12,229 nucleotides of DNA, taken from Candidatus Hodarchaeota archaeon (GTDB taxonomy: Archaea > Asgardarchaeota > Heimdallarchaeia > Hodarchaeales > Hodarchaeaceae). Each line of letters starts with the position of its first letter. Position 1 is the stretch's first letter. This document shows, in pieces, positions 1 through 6,933 of this stretch. The stretch lies in contig JAEOTC010000019.1 of the NCBI GenBank assembly GCA_016840035.1, positions 1-12,229 of the forward strand, in the 5' to 3' direction. The notes under the pieces are model-generated. The model was not told the origin of the DNA and ran no database searches. It saw only the letters and a list, made by a program, of their open reading frames with translations. The position numbers and the translations under genes are program-made.

Positions 1-2
1 AG

Positions 3-1178
3 GTGGCAAAACAAGTCACTATATTTGTTTCTGTCCTCTTTCCAGTCTTGATGATTGCAATTGGAGTCCTCATGGTTGGTGGTGGAATTCTAATGCCAGA
101 AGATCAAATTGGCGCTTCAATGATGGGAATGTTTATTGCTGGTTTTGGATTCCTACTTTTAGCATTTGTAGTATGGAAATTTCGAGTTATAGCACGAAGT
201 GGAAAGTTTGTGGAATTTTCTGCAAGATTAGTGCTTGATGAGAAAGCTGTCTTAGCAATGCCGTTAATACTTGGAGTATTTTCCATTATCACTGGATTTT
301 TCATGTTATTTGGTTTTATCGAAATATATTCCTTTTTCGAAGTAACTAACGCCATGGATGAGCAACAATTAAGTTACCCTGGTTTAATACTAGCTATAAT
401 ATTTGAATACTTCTATCTGATCGTATACCTTGGTATATACTATAGCCTCTCAGCTGGTGTAATTTCTTATGCAAGCGATTGGTATCGAGGATTAGATCCA
501 GATCTGGGATCGGCAATGAAAGATGTTCGTCAAGTATTTCCCGTCATCCTCAAATTTGCATTTGCGATGGCTTCGGTAAAGATTATTATGCAAATTTTTA
601 CGGGAGCAACACGGGGTCAAGCCACAAGATCTCGTGGTAGAGGGAATGCTGGTGCTGTAATAGGTGGATTAATATTTGCTGCGATAGCAGCAGTTATGAT
701 TTCTATTATTGGTGCTATCTGGATGTTCTTGAACTACTTTACATTAGTTAGTATAGTTCAAAATAAAAAAGGTCTGAGTGACTCTATTAAAGATTCAGCT
801 AAAACCACTTGGGGAGCATTAGTAGATGTGCTTGTAGGGGAAACTGGGTTTGGGTTAACAACTTTTATTTTCGCCATTGTAAATTCACTCCTATGGCTTG
901 GAGCAGGATTTGCTCTAGGATTAGCGGTAACCCAAGAATTAATGTATGGAGTTGTATTTGCAATAATTTTCGTGGTTCTCGGATCTCTTCCTTATAATGT
1001 TGTTACCATGCCTATGAAAGTTGCGTTTCGAACCTTTATCTACTCATATGCCAAGGATTCAATTGAAGGATTCAAGAAACCAAGTAGATTACCCGCCGAA
1101 TTACGTGATGAGTTTAAAGTCCTCGCACGTAAAGATGTCAAGAAACGTGGAATGCGTGATCCAGCTGAGTATTTCTAG
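3..1178 (+). CDS. Polytopic membrane protein, DUF6159-like; possibly 5'-truncated by the window edge
   Basis: 391-aa ORF open from the window start, about 8 hydrophobic segments. 'FVEFSARLVLDEKAVLAMPLI', 'SAMKDVRQVFPVILKFA' and 'GLSDSIKDSAKTTWG' resemble the DUF6159 / GDPD-membrane-domain pattern. Confidence 0.65.
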   Translation: MAKQVTIFVSVLFPVLMIAIGVLMVGGGILMPEDQIGASMMGMFIAGFGFLLLAFVVWKFRVIARSGKFVEFSARLVLDEKAVLAMPLILGVFSIITGFFMLFGFIEIYSFFEVTNAMDEQQLSYPGLILAIIFEYFYLIVYLGIYYSLSAGVISYASDWYRGLDPDLGSAMKDVRQVFPVILKFAFAMASVKIIMQIFTGATRGQATRSRGRGNAGAVIGGLIFAAIAAVMISIIGAIWMFLNYFTLVSIVQNKKGLSDSIKDSAKTTWGALVDVLVGETGFGLTTFIFAIVNSLLWLGAGFALGLAVTQELMYGVVFAIIFVVLGSLPYNVVTMPMKVAFRTFIYSYAKDSIEGFKKPSRLPAELRDEFKVLARKDVKKRGMRDPAEYF

Positions 1179-1206
1179 ACTTATCTAGATTACCCAGAGT
1201 AACTCA

Positions 1207-1228
1207 TTCCTTTCCCCTTCTTTTTTTT
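1207..1228 (+). terminator. Pyrimidine/oligo-T tract, putative archaeal-type terminator of the first ORF
   Basis: ttcctttccccttc followed by T8 (1221-1228), starting ~30 nt after the TAG, in a convergent intergenic gap. Confidence 0.55.
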
Positions 1229-1832
1229 ACTGACTCGACTCTGTTTTCTCAATGTCACCACTTAATGCTAATATATCATGTATTTTCACTACAAGAGTTG
1301 AGGCAGGTTCAAAATGCCGATCTATATTATCTTTATAAAGGATAAGAGTTTCTAAATGGGAATCGGAAGAGAGACGATAATCAATTTCTATTAAATGTAC
1401 TTTATTCATGCCTATTCGATCTAGAAGAACAGAGTGTAATCGTAAAACAATAATTTGGGATGTCTGGATGTCAAAGTTTCGAGACCAGAAAAAAAGCTTA
1501 CTAATTTTACGTATTCCTGGCTTCCCATCAAAAAACGCCCTCTTAACATGAATGGATTCTTCCCAGCCGAATTCTTTAAGAGCGACGAGTAGACACCCTC
1601 CTCCAAAGGTGAATGCGATAAAAAGAAATGGAACCATTTCACTGTTTAAGAGGGTAAAAAATAGGAAGGAGAGCTCAGGATCTGAAGAAGCTACCGAGAA
1701 CCAAATAAATCCAAAAATAATTTCAAATAGTAATCCTAACACTCCAAAAAAAATACCCCGCCCTTTGTTTCCTCTTGTAAAGAACGTAATAAGGTCATGA
1801 TTAACAGAACTAACCATCATTGAGGAATTCAT
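1227..1832 (-). CDS. Hypothetical membrane protein: 2 TM helices plus a beta-rich C-terminal domain (possible PH-like)
   Basis: 201-aa ORF with two hydrophobic segments (~aa 27-47, 68-85), then alternating beta-strand-like segments and a terminal amphipathic helix. TATA-like TTTTAAAT lies ~52 nt upstream. Confidence 0.75.
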   Translation of the reverse strand: MNSSMMVSSVNHDLITFFTRGNKGRGIFFGVLGLLFEIIFGFIWFSVASSDPELSFLFFTLLNSEMVPFLFIAFTFGGGCLLVALKEFGWEESIHVKRAFFDGKPGIRKISKLFFWSRNFDIQTSQIIVLRLHSVLLDRIGMNKVHLIEIDYRLSSDSHLETLILYKDNIDRHFEPASTLVVKIHDILALSGDIEKTESSQ

Positions 1833-1883
1833 TGTGATATCACTTTGAGTTCAATATTCCCTGTTAATCCTCTGATATTTCAA

Positions 1884-1891
1884 ATTTAAAA
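1884..1891 (-). promoter_or_regulatory. Putative TATA box for 1227..1832
   Basis: Minus strand reads TTTTAAAT ~52 nt upstream of the ATG, a spacing similar to other genes in the window. Confidence 0.4.
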
Positions 1892-1906
1892 GTATTAAGA
1901 TGATTC

Positions 1907-2617
1907 TTAGTGAGGGAGGGGCTTCAAAGACTCAATTACTTCTTTGACTTTGTTATTTGTATCCAAAGAGTGCATATAGGCTATATCGACATATTCAATC
2001 AGTTCACACTCAAGACATCGACGATCATCTGAAAATCCATGAATAAACCAGTTTCGGTTATAGGGATCGACGATCACACCCTCTTTGGCCAAATGCTTAA
2101 CAGCAAGAGGTAAGAAACCAATTAGTCGGTTAGATTCACTAGTTTTAACCTCAGTAAATTTAGTTCCAGTACTATATCTTTGAATGATAAAAGGAAGTAC
2201 TTTTTGGTCGACAGTAAAAGTCCCAAAGCCAAATACATCAGAGAAAATTATTCGGATCACTTCATTTCCGAATTTAAATCGATGGTTGCGATAGATTGCG
2301 TTTACATCCTCCACTGCTGCATAGTGATTCGCAATATCCTGCAATTTCAGATGGTAAGGTTTAATTATGAAGGCTGTTAAAGCAGATACGGGAAAATAGT
2401 AAAGAAATGGAGTGTGTCGTCCTCCCGGAATAACATCCCCAGTGGATTCCTTACTATATCTCGAGAGAAGGGATTGATACGATTTTTTATCCATAGAGCC
2501 CCCAGTAGCATTTATTAAATCTGCAGTAGTGATGACCTCATGGTAAACATGATTTATAACAGTCTCGTTAAAAAATTCCGTCTCTTTTGCGAGTGTGAGG
2601 GATATGGTAACTGTCAT
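1907..2617 (-). CDS. Hypothetical protein with a divergent protein-kinase-like (PKL) motif set
   Basis: Motifs in canonical order: IPGGRHTPFLY (Gly loop), FIIK86, FIIQRYSTG (hinge), HLAKEGVIVD184PYNRN189WFI (catalytic DxxxxN), IEYVD211IA (DFG equivalent). Confidence 0.65.
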   Translation of the reverse strand: MTVTISLTLAKETEFFNETVINHVYHEVITTADLINATGGSMDKKSYQSLLSRYSKESTGDVIPGGRHTPFLYYFPVSALTAFIIKPYHLKLQDIANHYAAVEDVNAIYRNHRFKFGNEVIRIIFSDVFGFGTFTVDQKVLPFIIQRYSTGTKFTEVKTSESNRLIGFLPLAVKHLAKEGVIVDPYNRNWFIHGFSDDRRCLECELIEYVDIAYMHSLDTNNKVKEVIESLKPLPH

Positions 2618-2665
2618 GTCTTTTAAACTACCTATGCTACTGCGGGAGCGACACTAAGACACCAA

Positions 2666-2672
2666 CTTAAAA
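2666..2672 (-). promoter_or_regulatory. Putative TATA box for 1907..2617
   Basis: Minus strand reads TTTTAAG ~49 nt upstream of the ATG; SD-like AGGTAG at 2628-2633. Confidence 0.35.
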
Positions 2673-2686
2673 TCATTGTTTTATTC

Positions 2687-3799
2687 TCAGTGAGTATTCT
2701 TCAGATAAGATTTCAATTGAGAAAGTGCTTGAGGCATATTTTGTCGACCAAATCCAAGTCTAACGTGTTTATCCCCGTATAGAAACGCACTACTGGGCAA
2801 AAGTAAAACACCTGCGTTTTTTACCAAATCTGTACAGAAATCTTTTGAAGATACTGAGATTTTTAGTCTAGGAAATGCAATCGGTCCTGCTTGTGGTCTA
2901 ATCCACTCCAAAATTTGTGCAGAATCAAAAAATTCATCTAATAACTGAAGATTTGATGAAATGATGGACAAATTTCGTTGAACCAGTGGTTGATAATTTC
3001 GGAGGGCTATTGTAGCTAGAAATTCACTCGCTATACTATTACAAATAGTAGTATAATCTTTAAAACGGGCTAGCTTGTCAAGGAGTGCTTGATCTCGCGT
3101 TGCGATCCAACCGATTCTCAAACCTGCTAAACCATAGGATTTTGACATGACCCCTAACGATAAAGCTTTCTCATACAAATCACACGCAGGGGGAAGGCGT
3201 GCTGTGGAGTCATATTCAAGTAAACGATAAACTTCATCCGAGAAAAGATAGAGGTTGTTCTCACGAGCGATATCGAGGATGGATCGAAATTCAGATTTAG
3301 ATATCAACTTTCCAGTTGGATTATGAGGAAAATTTATAACAATGGCTTTGGTTTTGGGAGTAATAGAATCTTTTAGTTCCTCTAAATTTAAACTCCAATT
3401 GTCTTCGGGATCCATGGTCCACTTTTTTACCTCACACCCAATAGCTTCAGCAACTTCAAACAAAGATTGATACGCCGGATATTGAACAATTATTTGGTCC
3501 TCAGGTTCTAATATAACGTTCATAAATGCAAAAATTCCCTCTTCAGCCCCTGAAAAAGCTAAAATATTTTCTTCAGATATAGTACCATAGAGGGAGGTTA
3601 TAGCAGCTCTTAAATCAGGACTTCCTTGGGAATCAGTATATCCTAACTTCAAATTGTTAAATTTCTCTTTAGCTCCCTCTTCTAATTGAAGAATCTCTTC
3701 AATAGAAAATGTTTCACAATCAGATGCACAGAGTAAATGTGGGATCTCGAATTCATACTTAGCAAAATACCTTTCTAAAAGGAAATCATTAATTTTCAT
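2687..3799 (-). CDS. PLP-dependent aminotransferase class I/II-fold enzyme (group often annotated aspartate aminotransferase or capreomycidine-synthase-like)
   Basis: LGYTDSQGSPDLR, NFPHNPTG, FSDEVY, GVMSKSYGLAGLRIGW (PLP lysine), VRLGFG. Start moved from the track's TTG at 3817 to ATG 3799 because MKINDFLLERYF is the typical N-terminus of this group. Confidence 0.93.
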   Translation of the reverse strand: MKINDFLLERYFAKYEFEIPHLLCASDCETFSIEEILQLEEGAKEKFNNLKLGYTDSQGSPDLRAAITSLYGTISEENILAFSGAEEGIFAFMNVILEPEDQIIVQYPAYQSLFEVAEAIGCEVKKWTMDPEDNWSLNLEELKDSITPKTKAIVINFPHNPTGKLISKSEFRSILDIARENNLYLFSDEVYRLLEYDSTARLPPACDLYEKALSLGVMSKSYGLAGLRIGWIATRDQALLDKLARFKDYTTICNSIASEFLATIALRNYQPLVQRNLSIISSNLQLLDEFFDSAQILEWIRPQAGPIAFPRLKISVSSKDFCTDLVKNAGVLLLPSSAFLYGDKHVRLGFGRQNMPQALSQLKSYLKNTH

Positions 3800-3824
3800 G
3801 GGATGTAAACACATCAAAAAGGCA

Positions 3825-4079
3825 TTATTCTTCTAGTTTCTTAGTTGGAGGAGGAATGTACTGTGATTGAACTTCTTGAAGAACCTCAATTAACTCCTGC
3901 AGATCACCTGGACCTAATTGGAGTGACATAGCAGGACCAAGCTTAGTAGAGTATGATCGACCGTTAATTACAGAGAAACCTAAATTCTTGTATTGATCCT
4001 TCTGTGTTACAGAGACTACCATTTTTCCATCAAATCGTGCATTTATCCATTTGTCGAATAATTTTTCATGCTGTGACAT
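3825..4079 (-). CDS. Small hypothetical protein (84 aa), possible PC4-like beta-sheet plus helix fold
   Basis: Likely start ATG 4079 (MSQHEKLF), since the track's start at 4112 overlaps the TATA-like box. Several beta-like segments, then SLQLGPGDLQELIEVLQE. The stop lies 25 nt before the aminotransferase ATG. Confidence 0.7.
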   Translation of the reverse strand: MSQHEKLFDKWINARFDGKMVVSVTQKDQYKNLGFSVINGRSYSTKLGPAMSLQLGPGDLQELIEVLQEVQSQYIPPPTKKLEE

Positions 4080-4110
4080 ATGCGCACCAAATATTGAAGG
4101 GAAAGATATC

Positions 4111-4174
4111 ATTTAAATTTTAATTGCAAAAATGTCTGATACAAAAGAGGTAAATCTGAAATAGAAAATATAAA
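4111..4174. promoter_or_regulatory. Divergent promoter region with two TATA-like boxes
   Basis: ATTTAAAT at 4111-4118 (for the minus gene starting at 4079) and AATATAAA at 4167-4174 preceded by a purine-rich BRE-like run (for the plus gene at 4216). SD-like AGGAGA at 4202-4207. Confidence 0.45.
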
Positions 4175-4215
4175 TTCCAAAAGGAAACAATCGATTAACT
4201 CAGGAGAGAACATGA

Positions 4216-4800
4216 ATGGCTGAAATATTCTATAAGCTTACCCTTTTACTGTTTTTTTGTGTTTTTATCGTTATTCGACTTTATTATTCAAAGAAATATT
4301 TAGCAGAGGAGGAAGAATTGCTATCATCATATCCGATAATCGTGAAAGTGATGGCAGCTATCTCATCGCTAAGTATAATCGGGTTGGCACTGGTGTATGT
4401 TTTCACGGATTTTCTAATCGATTTTAGTATGCACATTCCTGATGAAATTCGATTATTAGGTATAATTGGATATTTTGGGACAGATATTGCAATGTGGCTA
4501 GTATTACATGAACTCGGAGTAAATTTCTCTCAAATGGGGAACGAGCGTTCTATTGTGTCTTCAGGGCCTTACAGATATATTCGACATCCTATGTACGTTG
4601 TATTCATAAGCTGGGGGCTCTCAACCGCACTGATTGCTTCAAATTGGTTAGTATCATTAGGGGTACCATTTATGATACTATTCATTCTTTTACGGGCACC
4701 CATTGAAGAAAAAGCATTGTTGGATGAATTTGGAGAAGAGTATATACAATATATGAAATCAACTAGTAGATTCTTCCCTCAATTCCGAAAAAGGGAATAA
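4216..4800 (+). CDS. Isoprenylcysteine carboxyl methyltransferase (ICMT/PEMT) family membrane methyltransferase
   Basis: About 5 TM segments; LGVNFS, GPYRYIRHPMY and EEKALLDEFGEEYIQYMKSTSRFFP are hallmark ICMT-family motifs. Confidence 0.92.
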   Translation: MAEIFYKLTLLLFFCVFIVIRLYYSKKYLAEEEELLSSYPIIVKVMAAISSLSIIGLALVYVFTDFLIDFSMHIPDEIRLLGIIGYFGTDIAMWLVLHELGVNFSQMGNERSIVSSGPYRYIRHPMYVVFISWGLSTALIASNWLVSLGVPFMILFILLRAPIEEKALLDEFGEEYIQYMKSTSRFFPQFRKRE

Positions 4801-4885
4801 TCTTTCCAACACTCTCACAATATTGGTTAAAAAACAATCCTTTGCCGAAATCCTTGTTGAAAAGAGGAAAAATCTAAGGCAAAGA

Positions 4886-4893
4886 TTTTAATA
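4886..4893 (+). promoter_or_regulatory. Putative TATA box for the ABC operon
   Basis: TTTTAATA preceded by AAAGA, ~49 nt before ATG 4942. Confidence 0.4.
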
Positions 4894-4941
4894 CTTTCGA
4901 TAATTGTGCCAAGTACGCAAATAGTAAGGAGTATTATTGCC

Positions 4942-5907
4942 ATGAGTGAAAGCGAAAAAAGCACTGTTCTTCAAGTCTCAAACTTAACAAAGGTCTACGG
5001 CTGGGAATTTCAGCTTGGTCCTCGTAGAATTGGTAGACGAGTTGAAGCAGTGACTGATGTGAGTTTTTCAGTCAAAAAAGGGGAAATTTTTGGTTTTCTA
5101 GGCCCAAACGGGGCAGGAAAAACAACTACTATCCGGTCTATTCTTGGTTATTTATCGATTAAATCAGGGTTAATAATGATTAATGGTCTCGATTACCTGA
5201 AAGATGCATTGGAAATCCGTGAAAGTCTTGGATTTATTCGGAGTGAGATTGAATTATATGGTAATTTTACCGGAAATGAGATAATCTCGTACTTCGGGAA
5301 GTTTCGTCCAATCGATCAGCAATTCTTGAAAAAATTGAGATCTATTTTTAAAGTTGACCTCAGTCTTGAATTTAAAAGCTTATCGACAGGTAATCGGCAA
5401 CAAGTGATAATTATTACTGCACTAGCCTCGAACCCTGACTTTGTTATTCTGGATGAACCATCAAGTGGATTAGATCCTTTGATGGCAAAGAGATTTCATC
5501 GTTTATTACTTCAAATGCGTGCCGAGGGTAAAACGATTTTTCTCTCCAGCCACAATCTTTCTGAGGTCCAAGAAATTTGTGACCGAGTCGGTATCATAAG
5601 AAAAGGGAGAATTATCGTAATTGAAACAGTCAAAGAGCTTCGCACCAAATCCATGCAGCAATTAACTGTCGAATTTGCAGATGGAGAGGTACCAGATATC
5701 TCCGATATTGAAGGATTATCAAATGTATTCAGCGTAAAAAGGGATAACAGTACTTTCTATATAAAGGTTAAAGAAGATATCAATGATCTATTGAAGTTTA
5801 TCACGACTAATAGAATTAAAAGAATGACACTAGAAGACAGTAGCCTGGAAGATATATTTTTGACGTATTATAAAGATGAATTAGACGAACCAGAGGAGGT
5901 ATTATAA
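4942..5907 (+). CDS. ABC-2 type (drug-exporter-like) transporter ATP-binding protein
   Basis: Walker A GPNGAGKTT, signature LSTGNRQQ, Walker B ILDEPSSGLD, H-loop LSSH, C-terminal SLEDIFL. ATG 4942 preferred over GTG 4906 on promoter spacing. Confidence 0.95.
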   Translation: MSESEKSTVLQVSNLTKVYGWEFQLGPRRIGRRVEAVTDVSFSVKKGEIFGFLGPNGAGKTTTIRSILGYLSIKSGLIMINGLDYLKDALEIRESLGFIRSEIELYGNFTGNEIISYFGKFRPIDQQFLKKLRSIFKVDLSLEFKSLSTGNRQQVIIITALASNPDFVILDEPSSGLDPLMAKRFHRLLLQMRAEGKTIFLSSHNLSEVQEICDRVGIIRKGRIIVIETVKELRTKSMQQLTVEFADGEVPDISDIEGLSNVFSVKRDNSTFYIKVKEDINDLLKFITTNRIKRMTLEDSSLEDIFLTYYKDELDEPEEVL

Positions 5908-6755
5908 TGTTAGAAATATACCTGAAACAATTACGAAAGAAGTGGTTAGCTTACTCTGCCGTTTCATTTGTTACCGCACTATTTTCTTTTTTTATGGTAG
6001 TAATCTGGCCCTCCTTTGAACCTTATGTTGAATCACTACAAGAAATGATGGAATTACCGATTTATCAAGCCCTACTAGGAGAAGGTGCCGCTTTAACTAC
6101 TGTGGAGTCCTTACTTACTATGGAGCTCTTCATTATTTCAGATATTTTCTTTATGGGGGTTATCTTACTAGTTGGAGTTCAAAGTATTACTCGTGAAGTT
6201 GATAGTGGAAGCTTGGATTTCATGCTGAGTTTCCCAATACGACGAAGTCGATTTCTTTTAGAAAAGTTATTCGCATTTATTACAATATCAGCTACCTACC
6301 CTATTTTTACTGTTGGTGCTGCTATTATAGGATCATTATTTGTCCCTGGAGTAGATTTTCATCCTCGTGGATTACCTGCATTCTTTTTGGGGTTATTTGG
6401 AAGATGGGTTCTTTACCTAACTCTTACTTGCCTAGTAATTTTCATTTCTACAGTTTTTATGGATACTAGTAAGACTCTTGGTTTTGGAGGACTCCTTATC
6501 GGAGTATCATGGATCCTTGATACACTAGCGGGTATTATAAGGATAGCTGATGAAGGAATCGCTGATATACTGCAGTATACTTCCCTATATTACTATCTAG
6601 ATGGAATTTCCATTACTGATGACATTATAAAAGATGGTTATGGTGCTTTCCCCTTCCTACAACTAGTATTTATTCTCGCCATTGGTGTAGGCGCGATTCT
6701 TCTTGCCTTATTCCTCTTTGATAATCCAATCCGCCAAAAACGAGAATTCAAGTAA
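5907..6755 (+). CDS. ABC-2 type transporter permease
   Basis: About 6 TM segments; ITREVDSGSLDFMLSFPIRRSRFLLEK is the typical ABC-2 permease motif. TAATG 1-nt overlap with the ATPase gene and an upstream GGAGGAGG SD. Confidence 0.93.
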   Translation: MLEIYLKQLRKKWLAYSAVSFVTALFSFFMVVIWPSFEPYVESLQEMMELPIYQALLGEGAALTTVESLLTMELFIISDIFFMGVILLVGVQSITREVDSGSLDFMLSFPIRRSRFLLEKLFAFITISATYPIFTVGAAIIGSLFVPGVDFHPRGLPAFFLGLFGRWVLYLTLTCLVIFISTVFMDTSKTLGFGGLLIGVSWILDTLAGIIRIADEGIADILQYTSLYYYLDGISITDDIIKDGYGAFPFLQLVFILAIGVGAILLALFLFDNPIRQKREFK

Positions 6756-6876
6756 ATATATGAATTCTCATCCTTTTTTCTGTTTTTAGAATAGCTATAC
6801 TAGTTTATAGGTTGAGGAATAGCCTCCTATCCAAACTGACTTTTGGTACACCTTTCTGGTGAAAACGAGAATTCAA
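6737..6876 (+). repeat. Exact 15-bp direct repeat AAAACGAGAATTCAA at 6737-6751 and 6862-6876
   Basis: Read directly from the sequence; the copies are 125 bp apart. Confidence 0.9.
6742..6786 (+). terminator. Hairpin plus T-tracts, putative terminator of the ABC operon
   Basis: Perfect 9-bp inverted repeat GAGAATTCA (6742-6750) / TGAATTCTC (6761-6769) with the stop codon in the loop, followed by TTTTTT and TTTTT. Confidence 0.65.
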
Positions 6877-6880
6877 ATAG
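6807..6880 (+). pseudogene. Decayed remnant of a paralogous ABC-2 permease 3' end
   Basis: Reads I-G-*-G-I-(-1 frameshift)-L-L-S-K-L-T-F-G-T-P-F-W-*-K-R-E-F-K-stop against the permease end I-G-V-G-A-I-L-L-A-L-F-L-F-D-N-P-I-R-Q-K-R-E-F-K-stop. Confidence 0.65.
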
Positions 6881-6933
6881 GTAACTTAATTTTCTGTTGA
6901 ATCATTGAATGAAAACCTGCAAGGTGATTATTA

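Noticed and set aside
2687-3799. Capreomycidine or other secondary-metabolite biosynthetic cluster
   Set aside because: This aminotransferase group is widespread, and there is no NRPS, arginine hydroxylase or tailoring gene in the window.
6737-6876. 15-bp direct repeat as a mini-CRISPR, transposon target-site duplication or MITE
   Set aside because: Only two copies, no cas or transposase gene, no terminal inverted repeats. Codon-level similarity beyond the repeat favours a gene remnant.
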